In this document: one piece after another, positions 1 to 13,380 of the stretch
Numbering within the stretch: position 1 is the first letter of the stretch
How the letters are laid out: every line of letters begins with the position of its first letter
Source of the DNA: Octopus sinensis
Taxonomy: Eukaryota
Reading direction: 5' to 3'
Length of the DNA: 64,000 nt
NCBI RefSeq assembly: GCF_006345805.1
Contig: NC_043022.1
Span: 17,980,001 to 18,044,000, forward strand
Notes under the pieces: model-generated
What the model was told of the DNA's origin: nothing
The model's database searches: none
Seen by the model: the letters and a program-made list of their open reading frames with translations, nothing else
Made by a program: the position numbers and the translations under genes

Positions 1-144
1 AAAAAATCTTTTCTGTTTTTTAAAAATGCATTTCTATTTAAATCTTAAAAACAAATAAATTACTCACACATGCTTAACTCTTCAGTTGCTTACATTATTA
101 AGTTTACTTATTATATATCTATATGATTAGACACACACATGTGT

Positions 145-340
145 GTGTGTGTTTGTTTCCCATTATCACTTGAAGACTTTTATTGGTGTGTTCATGTCCC
201 CATAACTTAGTGGTTTGGCAAAAGAGACTGCTAGAATAAGTACTAGGCTTTACAAGAAATAATAAGTTCTGAGGTTGATCTGTTTGACAAGGCAGTGCCC
301 CAGCATGGCCACTGTTTAATGACTGGATCAAGTAAAAGAT
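145..340 (+). mobile_element. SINE family B, 3' half
   Basis: gtccccataacttag...aataagtactaggctt...ggcagtgccccagcatggcc...caagtaaaaga; same family as 48420-48785. Confidence 0.8.
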
Positions 341-1019
341 TTGGGCCTAGACAATGGACATGGCTCTTGTTTCATCCAGCCCACCCCCCATTCTGGTAGT
401 CTGCTTCCCCCACCCCTCATTCTCCTTCCCATACAATCTTGCAAACCACCCACTTCTACTTACCTTGTGCTTTGTGGGGTCATCTGGTTACCTTATCCTC
501 ATTATCTACGTTTTGCAGTCCCTAACCCTAACCCCTTCTCCTAGTAGATGAGAGTATCCATGCAAAATTCTCAACAGGAATCTGCCCTTCTCCCATTTCT
601 CATAGTAATCCCCTCATCTCCTAGCATGAAGCTGACTATCCCCTCTTCCCCCACAGCTCATAGTCCTGTGAACTGCATGGTGGCCTCAATAGTGCAGGTG
701 ATGGGAACAAAGCGTCCAGTCCACCCTCTGTAAAGTGGTTGGCATTAGGAAGAGCTTCCAGTCATAGAAACCATTCCAGAAAAAAAAAAGATTTTGGAGA
801 ATGATGCGGTCCTTGGACCGTTTGGATCCTTGTCAAAACATCCAGCCCCTGCCAACAGGGAACACAGGCGATAAATGAAGGTGATGATGATGAGGTGCAG
901 AGACTTGGAACTCATTAGAAAATGAAGGATCAGGTTTGATATGAGAAAGATGCAAATCACCGTCATCTCCATCATTGGAGCAATAACATCCATAAAATAA
1001 TTTCGGGGAAAAAGAAGCA

Positions 1020-1900
1020 ATTAAGGTTTATAAGATATAATCTGTGGAAAAAAAAAATTGAAAGAAATCATATATCAATGATATAGTGGGTAAATAAGTA
1101 AGAAAAAATGGTTTAAAATTAAAGTGAAGGAATTTAAATAAGTAAATTGAAAAGTAAATATAAAATTATTGTAGAATGTTATAGATAAGGGGTAGAATAG
1201 AATTGTGTTCTAAAAACTTATTATAGAATATAGGTTATTTATATTAATAGGTGAAGTAAGCTGCCAGAAGAAAATCTCTGATAATTTTATAATTTCTAGA
1301 TTAAAGTTAATATTTCCTTATCATGGGAATTGTCATGAATGACTTGTGTTTAATATCGAGTAAAGAAATGATCAAACTATTGGGTAAAAGTTATATTATT
1401 AATAAAACTTATAGAAAAGTTTTGGTTTCTATTATAGATTTAAGAAAAAGTTATTATTATTCTTTATATGATAATTTATAAATTATTAATTGGTTCTTAT
1501 AAAATGTTATCTTCTTTATCCATAATCCATTTATAAAGCTTTGTAATACATACAAAGATCATGAGGGTGGAGTTTTTTGTAGAGAAATAGAAACTTAGAT
1601 ATTATTATCTATTCTTTATCAGGTTTTGAATATTAATTTAGAAGAACTTTTTATGAGAATATTCCTAGTAAATAAGGTATTAATTGGCACACATATCAAA
1701 AGCTTAAAAATATAGTGCAAGGGAGGTAACCAAGATGTAAGTTCCTAAAATTAGAAAAATTTTAATTAAGAGTGAAGTGTAGTTTATATGGGATATAATA
1801 ATTTAGGCTGGTTAGAGGTGATATTTATAATATTAAAAGAAATTTAGGTGGAGTAGAATTCCTGCAGAAATAGATATGGAAATCTATTCTTTAAAATTTA
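1020..1900 (+). mobile_element. possible very old L1-clade LINE relic
   Basis: Stop-ridden purine-rich stretch. Fragments KLCNTYKDHEGGVFCREIET and YSG*ISKKK loosely resemble L1-clade post-RT motifs (KLC.PK..GGL..RD; SG..IN..K). Weak. Confidence 0.25.
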
Positions 1901-2054
1901 TTGTGGATTAGGTATACAACTTAATAATTTTATTAGATATATAAAATTTCTGTAATAATTATAGAAATTAAACAAAATTTTATTCAACTTTATTCAATTT
2001 GTTTATGTTACTAAATTTCTTAATAACTATATATATATATATTAGGAAAGGCTG

Positions 2055-2241
2055 GTTTATGGGATTGCCCTGGGTTTCGCGTCCATAAAGGGTTTATCTT
2101 TATGGCGTACAGTCAGACCCCAAAACCTGTTGGCCCAAGATCACTTTTAAAGAGGTCTTGGGCCATCAATTTTTGGGGTCTGACAATACGCCATAAAGAT
2201 AAACCCTTTATGGATGGGAAACCTAGAGTAATCCCTTAAAC
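2055..2241. repeat. 187-bp near-perfect palindrome (foldback/MITE-like)
   Basis: tccataaagggtttatctttatggcgta..gtcagaccccaaaa..tggcccaagatc pairs with ggtcttgggcca..ttttggggtctgac..tacgccataaagataaaccctttatgga; loop ~11 nt. Confidence 0.9.
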
Positions 2242-2859
2242 TGTACTCCCCCCATTAAAATATACACTGCTCTACATCTTAGAGTGTACTTCTTCTCTGG
2301 ATTTATGTTTTCTAAAAACGATATATATTGCTGGCCTTGTGCCAAAATGTGGAACCAGCATTGGGAAAGTTCAATGACAAAAGGTTGACATCAAACAAAA
2401 TGTGTTGCAGTGTTTACTTAGAGACTCTCAGGTTATCAGTTCAAATCCCATCAGCTTTGTTCTTTTATCCCTCTGGGATCAATAAAAGGCCAGGGAAATA
2501 AATGTCCACCACCCTCTGCCTAGATTTGTGGCCCTGCAACTATGTATGTAATGAATATGTTGGATTTCAGGTTTTTTAACAGCAAACTCCACTCACCCAG
2601 TTGACCCAGCTGGGGGTTGAGCAAGTCCCTGTGAGCATCCCAGTAGCAGCAAATCACTGCTCTGCCCTCTTTATCCAAAACAATCTAGGGGCCTTCAGGG
2701 ATGGAATCTATACCCTTCCTCTTTGCACTAACTCCAACAGCAGTAAAATAATATATATTTTTTTAATAAAATTTTCTTCAAGTTGATGAAGAAGAAAAAC
2801 ATCATCAAATTTTTCTTTCTACATCTTTTAACAATTTTTTAAAACTTCAAATGATACAG

Positions 2860-3076
2860 GTTTCCAATTTTGGCACAAGGCCAGCAAGTTCGGGGAAGAG
2901 GCCAAGTCAATCACATTGAGCCTAGGACTCAACTAGTAGATTATTTTATTGATCTCGAAAGGATGGAAAGCAAAGTGGAGCTTGGTGGAATTTGAACTTA
3001 CAACGTAAGGATGGACGAAATATCACCCAAGCATTTTGTCTGGCATGCTAACGGATTAGCCAGCTTGCCACCTTAA
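2860..3076 (-). mobile_element. SINE family A copy
   Basis: Reverse complement of the gagctggcagaatcgttagc...agttcaaattcc...tttgcctttcatcc pattern that recurs across the window. Confidence 0.75.
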
Positions 3077-3760
3077 AACTTTATATAGCACAAAATCTAA
3101 GAATTTATTTTTTAATGTTAGTGTATAATTAACTTTTGAAAATAGAATGATAAATGTTTTCTTTTGTGAAATTTCTTCTCAGTCATGTTTCATAAAAAAA
3201 ATGACGGTGCTCCAGCATGGCCACAGCCATTGGACTGAAACATATAAGAGAACTAGCAGTATTGCCCAGCGTCGCTCGGGTTTGTTTCGACCCTTTAGAA
3301 TTGGAATTTTTGAAAAGTAAAAGTTTTGCATTATGTAGCTTGTTATTCCCCTTAAGTGAACATTTTTCTGGTTGAAATACACCAAAAAAATGGTGACACA
3401 GCAGTGAAAAAATCGTTAAAAAATAGGGATTTTCGTAGACAAAAAAGCACCCTTTTGATGTAAATAATTTTTGGTGTTAACATGGTCCTATTTGAATTTT
3501 TTCTTCTATGGAATGAAGAGCAAGCTTTCTATCATACTCTCAATTTTGGTCAACTTGCGCCACAGGGTCTCGGAGGAGATAGTGTTAGTTGAAGGCTACC
3601 AAACCTGCCATACACAGACAACTTCAGCTTTATATATCTAGAGATAAGAGAATAAGTAAAAAATGGAAGGAAAAGTCGCCAATTCTTTGAAAATTTCATT
3701 TAATAATGGAAGGGAGACAATTACGTGTCGTTGCACCACTTCTGATTCCAAAGTCGGGCC

Positions 3761-3770
3761 ATGCAAGAAG
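3761..3770 (+). CDS. NAA80: candidate first coding micro-exon of NAA80 (ATG CAA GAA G|gtaact)
   Basis: gggccATG context with a GT donor at 3771. Phase 1 joins 12533 in frame to give MQEEEQKFQVVPLH (285 aa). Inference only. Confidence 0.4.
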
Positions 3771-4334
3771 GTAACTTGACTTTCGTTGAAGTTTTACTCG
3801 TTAAACTAGTATTTCTGTATAAATAATATAGATGTACTTCGAAGTCACACATCTCAGAGGAAAGAGAAAAAAATTACAGAAAGGGGGGAATATAGAAATA
3901 TTGAAATTTCAGAGGCAAAAAAGTTTTCAATGTTTGCGAAATGAAAGACAGAAATATTGAAGAAATAAAGGAAGAATAAAACTGGTTTCGTTGCTTCCCC
4001 AAGAAGTGTGCGACTTCGAATGACACTTTTGACAAGAATTCTGTCTTCTATATTTATAGAATCAACGAATTCCTGTCATATTTACACAATTCCATTTGCT
4101 TACTTTTTAGTTTTCAAACTTTGGTCGTTATTTTTTTCTAAACCAGGTTTAATCGTCTTTTTATTTTATTTTTAAATATCTTCGATAACTTCAGGGAAAA
4201 TATTGCGATGGGGAAAGGGAACAATAAAACACAACTAAATACAATTAATTAATCAAAATAAATAATTAAATACCGTTAATTGGTATTTTGTACAAGAGAA
4301 AACTTTACACTTTACTATGTTGTGGAAAGGAATT

Positions 4335-4384
4335 TGGCAGACGGAAACCGCGTGCGTGGAATGCGGCAATCGGGCATATATATA

Positions 4385-4427
<43 letters not shown>

Positions 4428-4438
4428 ATATATTATAT

Positions 4439-4476
<38 letters not shown>

Positions 4477-4600
4477 AAGGTGTATATGTGTACACCGGTT
4501 TTAAAATCGGTTTTGTTCGTATTTCGGGCTGTGACTTAGCGCTCTGATAATTACAACCAATATAACCAATATCCGGCAGAAGTATATACGAAGATCGATA
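4335..4600 (+). promoter_or_regulatory. possible NAA80 promoter region
   Basis: Local CpG enrichment in very AT-rich DNA (cggaaaccgcgtgcgtggaatgcggcaatcggg; ttcgggc, gcgc, ccggc), an ETS-like CGGAA, and position next to a candidate first exon. Confidence 0.3.
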
Positions 4601-4621
4601 TGATGGGCAGTGGTGAAGTTG
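4600..4621 (+). CDS. NAA80: alternative candidate first coding exon of NAA80 (ATG ATG GGC AGT GGT GAA GTT G|gtaaga)
   Basis: Strong donor GTAAGA at 4622. Phase 1 joins 12533 in frame to give MMGSGEVEEQKF (289 aa). It lies just downstream of a CpG-containing stretch (4340-4580). Confidence 0.4.
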
Positions 4622-5308
4622 GTAAGAGTCCTCACCTCATTTATTTTCCCTGCTTTGGGCATAAATAAATAAATTAATCAATTTAAGTCGACAAGTTGAC
4701 GGAATCGTTAGCATGCCGGACAAAATGCTTAGCAGTATTTCGTCCGTCTTTACATTCTGAGTTGAAATTCCGCTGAGCTCGACAAACATATATATATATA
4801 TATGACAGACAAAGCTTTATGGAAATGTTATGGTTTCTGGAACCGGATTTTGAGGAAATCGTGGGAAATATCTGAGAATCGGGGCATTGAAAACTGGGGA
4901 ATTTATAAAAAAACATCCTGGGTTATGTGAAATAGTGAAACGAAAACCTAAAGTGTTCTTTAATATTGTTTTTTATTTCTTTTACTTCTGCTAGAAAAAA
5001 TACTTTAAATATAAACGTAGATATATTACTAGGAGAGGAAAATATCTGTTTTTTCGTAAGTTAGAAGTATTTAATTAGAAATAATATTAAAAAGAAAAAA
5101 AACCTTAATTAATTTAAACATGTTATAGTGTATAAGAGGCTACAATATTTTCACTTTAAAATCTTGCGCATTATGGAAAGAAAAAGAAAAAAGTTCACAT
5201 ATGTTCTTTTCTACTCTAAGCACAAGGCCCGAAATTTTTTTGGGGGGATGGTCAGTCGATTAGATCGACCCCAGTACGCAACTGGTTCTTAATTTATTGA
5301 CCCGAAGT

Positions 5309-5573
5309 GGCATAGTTTCGGTTGTAGTAGCACAGATTTCCGTCGATTTCCGTAAAAAACTTTTATTTTTTTACATAAGTAATGAGAGCGAAAGAGACTA
5401 AGAGGAAGCGATTTTACGACGAGAAGGTTTCACTTTGAAGTCGGCCTGTGTGTGTTTGATGGGGTGTGGGAGACAGACAGTATGTTGTGTAAGTGAAGTG
5501 CTTCTGTTAGTGTGTGTGAAGAGACAGACATACATATACACATACACCGAGTAAAAAATTACTATGAATCGGC

Positions 5574-5605
<32 letters not shown>

Positions 5606-6114
5606 TACATAGATACATACACACACACACATACATACATACATACACACACACATACTTACACACACACACATAGATACATACACACACACACATACAT
5701 GCAGACATACATATACACATACACCGAGTAAAAAAATGACACTGAATCGACCATACATACATACACACATACATACATACACATACACACATACATAGAT
5801 ACATAACATACACACACACACATACATGCATACATACATATACACATACACCGAGTAAAAAATCAGTTATCTCTCTCTTTCACACATTACTCTCTCTGTC
5901 TCTTCGCACACACTAACAGAAGCACTTCACTTACACAACATACTGTCTGTCTCCCACACCCCATCAAACACACACAGGCCGATTTCAAAGAGAAACCTTC
6001 TCATCGTAAAATCGCTTCCTCTTAGTCTCTTTCGCTCTCATTACTTATGTAAAAAAATAAAAGTTTTTTACGGAAATCGACGGAAATCTGTGCTACGACA
6101 TGCGAAACTTCGCC
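5309..6114. mobile_element. non-autonomous DNA transposon with ~200-bp TIRs and 8-bp TSD (MULE/Merlin/foldback-like)
   Basis: Arms 5309-5517 and 5907-6114 are nearly identical inverted copies that start GGC. TSD cccgaagt at 5301-5308 and 6115-6122. The spacer holds three tandem CA-rich units containing caccgagtaaaaaa. It truncates a family A SINE. Confidence 0.85.
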
Positions 6115-6612
6115 CCCGAAGTTCACATACGTTAAAAAGTATTTAATTCTAAATCTCATTAATTATAAGATATTTAAGGTCCCACGGTAATTTCCTCAAG
6201 GCCTCTTCTGATCTTATAAGGTTTTTTTTTAGTCCCCTCTGGTTCAGGGGAGGTAACCCGTCCTCATTAACTTCTTTTTCTGTATTTCTCCATTTCTGAT
6301 CCTTTCCTCACATCTGCCCCGAATAGAGTCGCCATGATCAGAGAATCAGAAATATTTTTATGGCTTCGGTGTCAGACTTGCAGGTGACATGACATTTGCT
6401 GCAAAAACTGGAACACACTAATTAATCTACATTCGCACACATGCACACAAACACAAATTTACACACACATAAACATAAAGCTACACTCACCCACAGATTC
6501 ATTCATCCACAGTACAAATCGTTCATAGTTACGCAACTATCTCGCTGCAGACACACGCACACAGAGCTACACTTCCACACACACACACATACTTGGAGCT
6601 CCACATATACAG

Positions 6613-9600
6613 ACACAGGCATACAGCTGCACTCACACGCACACATAACACTACACAGGCATACAACTGCACTCACACGCACACATAACACTACACAGGC
6701 ATACAGCTGCACTCACACGCACACATAACACTACACAGGCATACAGCTGCACTCACACGCACACATAACACTACACAGGCATACAACTGCACTCACACGC
6801 ACACATAACACTACACAGGCATACAACTGCACTCACACATAACACTACACATGCATACAACTGCACTCACACGCACACATAACACTACACAGGCATACAA
6901 CTGCACTCACACGCACACATAACACTACACAGGCATACAACTGCACTCACACGCACACATAACACTACACAGGCATACAGCTGCACTCACACGCACACAT
7001 AACACTACACAGGCATACAACTGCACTCACACGCACACATAACACTACACAGGCATACAGCTGCACTCACACGCACACATAAAACACTACACATGCATAC
7101 ACTGCACTCACACGCACACATAACACTACACAGGCATACAGCTGCACTCACACGCACAATAACACTACACAGGCATACAACTGCACTCACACGCATACAT
7201 ACACTACACAGGCATACAGCTGCACTCACACGCATACATAACACTACACAGGCATACAACTGCACTCACACGCACACATAACACTACACAGGCATACAGC
7301 TGCACTCACACGCACACATAACACTACACAGGCATACAACTGCACTCACACGCACACATAACACTACACAGGCATACAGCTGCACTCACACGCACACATA
7401 ACACTACACAGGCATACAACTGCACTCACACGCACACATAACACTACACAGGCATACAGCTGCACTCACACGCACACATAACACTACACATGCATACAAC
7501 TGCACTCACACACGCACACATAACACTACACAGGCATACAGCTGCACTCACACGCACACATAACACTACACAGGCATACAACTGCACTCACACGCATACA
7601 TAACACTACACAGGCATACAGCTGCACTCACACGCACACATAACACTACACAGGCATACAACTGCACTCACACGCACACATAACACTACACAGGCATACA
7701 ACTGCACTCACACGCACACATAACACTACACAGGCATACAACTGCACTCACTCACACGCACACATAACACTACACAGGCATACAACTGCACTCACACGCA
7801 CACATAACACTACACAGGCATACAACTGCACTCACACGCATACATAACACACACAGGCATACAGCTGCACTCACACGCACACATAACACTACACACAGGC
7901 ATACAACTGCACTCACACGCACACATAACACTACACAGGCATACAACTGCACTCACACGCATACATAACACTACACAGGCATACAACTGCACTCACACGC
8001 ACACATAACACTACACAGGCATACAACTGCACTCACACGCACACATAACACTACACATGCATACAACTGCACTCACACGCACACATAACACTACACAGGC
8101 ATACAACTGCACTCACACGGACACATAACACTACACAGGCATACAACTGCACTCACACGCACACATAACACTACACAGGCATACAACTGCACTCACACGC
8201 ACACATAAACTACACAGGCATACAACTGCACTCACACGCACACATAACACTACACAGGCATACAACTGCACTCACACGCACACATAACCTACACAGGCAT
8301 ACAACTGCACTCACACGCACACATACACTACACAGGCATACAACTGCACTCACACGCACACATAACACTACACAGGCATACAGCTGCACTCACACGCACA
8401 CATAACACTACACAGGCATACAACTGCACTCACACGCATACATAACACTACACAGGCATACAACTGCACTCACACGCACACATAACACTACACAGGCATA
8501 CAGCTGCACTCACACGCACACATAACACTACACAGGCATACAACTGCACTCACACGCACACATAACACTACACATGCATACAACTGCACTCACACGCACA
8601 CATAACACTACACAGGCATACAGCTGCACTCACACGCACACATAACACTACACAGGCATACAACTGCACTCACACGCATACATAACACTACACAGGCATA
8701 CAGCTGCACTCACACGCACACATAACACTACACAGGCATACAACTGCACTCACACGCACACATAACACTACACAGGCATACAACTGCACTCACACGCACA
8801 CATAACACTACACAGGCATACAACTGCACTCACACGCACACATAACACTACACAGGCATACAACTGCACTCACACGCACACATAACACTACACAGGCATA
8901 CAACTGCACTCACACGCATACATAACACTACACAGGCATACAGCTGCACTCACACGCACACATAACACTACACAGGCATACAACTGCACTCACACGCACG
9001 CACACAAACACTACACAGGCATACAACTGCACTCACACGCACACATAACACTACACAGGCATACAACTGCACTCACACGCACACATAACACTACACAGGC
9101 ATACAACTGCACTCACACGCACACATAACACTACACAGGCATACAACTGCACTCACACGCACACATAACACTACACAGGCATACAACTGCACTCACACGC
9201 ATACATAACACTACACAGGCATACAGCTGCACTCACACGCACACATAACACTACACAGGCATACAACTGCACTCACACGCACACATAACACTACACAGGC
9301 ATACAGCTGCACTCACACGCACACATAACACTACACAGGCATACAACTGCACTCACACGCACACATAACACTACACAGGCATACAACTGCACTCACACGC
9401 ACACATAACACTACACAGGCATACAACTGCACTCACACGCACACATAACACTACACAGGCATACAACTGCACTCACACGCATACATAACACTACACAGGC
9501 ATACAACTGCACTCACACGCACACATAACACTACACAGGCATACAACTGCACTCACACGCACACATAACACTACACAGGCATACAACTGCACTCACACAT

Positions 9601-12457
9601 AAACTACACAGGCATACAACTGCACTCACACGCACACATAACACTACACAGGCATACAACTGCACTCACACGCACACATAACACACTACACAGGCATACA
9701 ACTGCACTCACACGCACACATACACTACACAGGCATACAACTGCACTCACACGCACACATAACACTACACAGGCATACAGCTGCACTCACACGCACACAT
9801 AACACTACACAGGCATACAACTGCACTCACACGCATACATAACACTACACAGGCATACAACTGCACTCACACGCACACATAACACTACACAGGCATACAG
9901 CTGCACTCACACGCACACATAAACACTACACAGGCATACAACTGCACTCACACGCACATAACACTACACATGCATACAACTGCACTCACACGCACACAAA
10001 CACTACACAGGCATACAGCTGCACTCACACGCACACATAACACTACACAGGCATACAACTGCACTCACACGCATACATAACACTACACAGGCATACAGCT
10101 GCACTCACACGCACACATAACACTACACAGGCATACAACTGCACTCACACGCACACATAACACTACACAGGCATACAACTGCACTCACACGCACACATAA
10201 CACTACACAGGCATACACTGCACTCACACGCACACATAACACTACACAGGCATACAACTGCACTCACACGCACACATAACACTACACAGGCATACAACTG
10301 CACTCACACGCATACATAACACTACACAGGCATACAGCTGCACTCACACGCACACATAACACTACACAGGCATACAACTGCACTCACACGCACACATAAC
10401 ACTACACAGGCATACAACTGCACTCACACGCACACATAACACTACACAGGCATACAACTGCACTCACACGCAACATAACACTACACAGGCATACAACTGC
10501 ACTCACACGCACACATAACACTACACAGGCATACAACTGCACTCACACGCACACATAACACTACACAGGCATACAACTGCACTCACACGCATACATAACA
10601 CTACACAGGCATACAGCTGCACTCACACGCACACATACACTACACAGGCATACAACTGCACTCACACGCACACATAACACTACACAGCATACAGCTGCAC
10701 TCACACGCACACATAACACTACACAGCATACAACTGCACTCACACGCACACATAACACTACACAGGCATACAACTGCACTCACACGCACACATAACACTA
10801 CACAGGCATACAACTGCACTCACACGCACACATAACACTACACAGGCATACAACTGCACTCACACGCATACATAACACTACACAGGCATACAACTGCACT
10901 CACACGCACACATAACACTACACAGGCATACAACTGCACTCACACCACACATAACACTACACAGGCATACAACTGCACTCACACATAACACTACACATGC
11001 ATACAACTGCACTCACACGCACACATAACACTACACAGGCATACAACTGCACTCACACGCACGCATAACACTACACAGGCATACAACTGCACTCACACGC
11101 ACACATAACACTACACAGGCATACAACTGCACTCACACGCACACATAACACTACACAGGCATACACTGCACTCACACATAACACTACACATGCATACAAT
11201 GCACTCACACGCACACATAACACTACACAGCATACAGCTGCACTCACACGCACACATAACACTACACAGGCATACAACTGCACTCACACGCACACATAAC
11301 ACTACACAGGCATACAACTGCACTCACACGCACACATAACACTACACAGCATACAACTGCACTCACACGCACACATAACACTACACAGGCATACAACTGC
11401 ACTCACACGCATACATAACACTACACAGGCATACAACTGCACTCACACGCACACATAACACTACACAGGCATACAACTGCACTCACACGCACACATAACA
11501 CTACACATGCATACAACTGCACTCACACGCACACATAACACTACACAGGCATACAACTGCACTCACACGCACACATAACACTACACATGCATACAACTGC
11601 ACTCACACGCACACATAACACTACACAGGCATACAACTGCACTCACACGCACACATAACACTACACAGGCATACAACTGCACTCACACGCACACATAACA
11701 CTACACATGCATACAACTGCACTCACACGCACACATAACACTACACAGGCATACAGCTGCACTCACACGCACACATAACACTACACATGCATACACTGCA
11801 CTCACACGCACACATAACACTACACAGGCATACAACTGCACTCACACGCACACATAACACTACACAGGCATACAGCTGCACTCACACGCACACATAACAC
11901 TACACATGCATACACTGCACTCACACGCACACATAACACTACACAGGCATACAACTGCACTCACACGCACACATAACACTACACATGCATACAACTGCAC
12001 TCACACGCACACATACACTACACGGCATACAACTGCACTCACACCACACATAACACTACACATGCATACAACTGCACTCACACGCACACATAACACTACA
12101 CAGGCATACACTGCACTCACACGCACACATAACACTACACATGCATACAACTGCACTCACACGCACACATAACACTACACAGGCATACAGCTGCACTCAC
12201 ACGCACACATAACACTACACAGGCATACACTGCACTCACACGCATACATAACACTACACAGGCATACAACTGCACTCACACGCACACATACACTACACAG
12301 GCATACACTGCACTCACACGCACACATAACACTACACAGGCATACAACTGCACTCACACGCACACATAACACTACACATGCATACAACTGCACTCACACG
12401 CACACATAACACTACACAGGCATACAACTGCACTCACACGCACACATAACACTACAC
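6613..12457 (+). repeat. 40-bp minisatellite array, ~146 copies
   Basis: Unit cacaggcatacaactgcactcacacgcacacataacacta in head-to-tail repeats. Recurrent variants: caactg/cagctg, caggcat/catgcat, cgcac/cgcat. Confidence 0.97.
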
Positions 12458-12532
12458 ACGCACACAGAAACAAGACATACACATACTTAGTATTTGTTAT
12501 ATTTATGCAGGTTTTTTGTTTGTTTCTTGCAG

Positions 12533-13380
12533 AAGAGCAGAAATTCCAGGTTGTCCCACTTCACCAAAATCCCTGTTTCTATGACTCCTGTGCTGACCTT
12601 CTCAACAGTGAATGGACCCGGAGTAAAACAGCTCGCCTTCATTCCCTTCATAAGTCATGCGATCAGCTACCCGTTTCCCTCGTCTTGGTTGCCCTCGGCC
12701 AGCCCCCTGTTATTGGCCATAGCATGCTCTCAAGGGTTGTGGGCATTGAAAAAGCTTGTTTTGTTGAGTCCGTGTTGGTGGACAAAGAATATCGTGGTCA
12801 AGGTTTAGGTCGAAAGATCATGATTGCTTCAGAGGAGTTTGCAGCTCGTCTGGGTTTTCAGACGATGTACTTGAGCACTCACGATAAACAAGGTTTCTAC
12901 GAGCACCTGGGATATAAATACTGTGACCCAATCTCAAAAGCTGACAACTGCACCAAGCTTCTGCCAGAAGGATTCTTGAAGCAGTTGTGTGGTAGTGTAG
13001 CAACTTGTGCAACAGACAGTGACATTTCACTGAATAAAAGACAAACATCTGCAGAGAAAAAGACAGAGTGCAACTCCATTGCAACTGATGCAAATCTGAC
13101 CTCCACCACAAATAGCAACAAGTGCTATAACAGCGTTAGCAACGACAAAGACAATAGTGCAAATGCTGCAACAGTGACTGATAACCATGTGACCCCACCA
13201 CCACCGCGTGTTCCAGCACCACCACCTCCACCACCACCACCACCACCACGTGCTCCTGCACCACCACCACCACGTGCTCCAGCACCACCACCTCCACCTC
13301 TAGCTAAACCATCAAACAGACCAGAAATTGTGCGGATGGACATTAACCTGATCTCCTGGATGAAAAAAGAACTTTGTTGA
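12533..13380 (+). CDS. NAA80: N-alpha-acetyltransferase 80 (actin N-terminal acetyltransferase, GNAT fold), main coding exon
   Basis: The translation matches the NAA80/NAT6 pattern as I recall it: CADLLNSEWTRSKTARLHSL, VIGHSMLSRV, acetyl-CoA motif VDKEYRGQGLGRK, YLSTHDKQGFYEHLGY, a long Pro-rich loop, and C-terminal WMKKEL*. A pyrimidine tract (gttttttgtttgtttcttgcAG, AG at 12531-12532) indicates the exon starts at 12533 in phase 1. Confidence 0.9.

Noticed and set aside
6613-12457. 40-bp repeat array as a CRISPR array or as coding (MQLYACVV... ORFs)
   Set aside because: Units are head-to-tail with no unique spacers, there are no cas genes and the context is eukaryotic. The ORFs are just the repeat read in frame.
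12505-12532. ATG at 12505 as the NAA80 start
   Set aside because: The first nine codons coincide with a polypyrimidine tract and AG acceptor, so they are more likely intronic. Not fully excluded.
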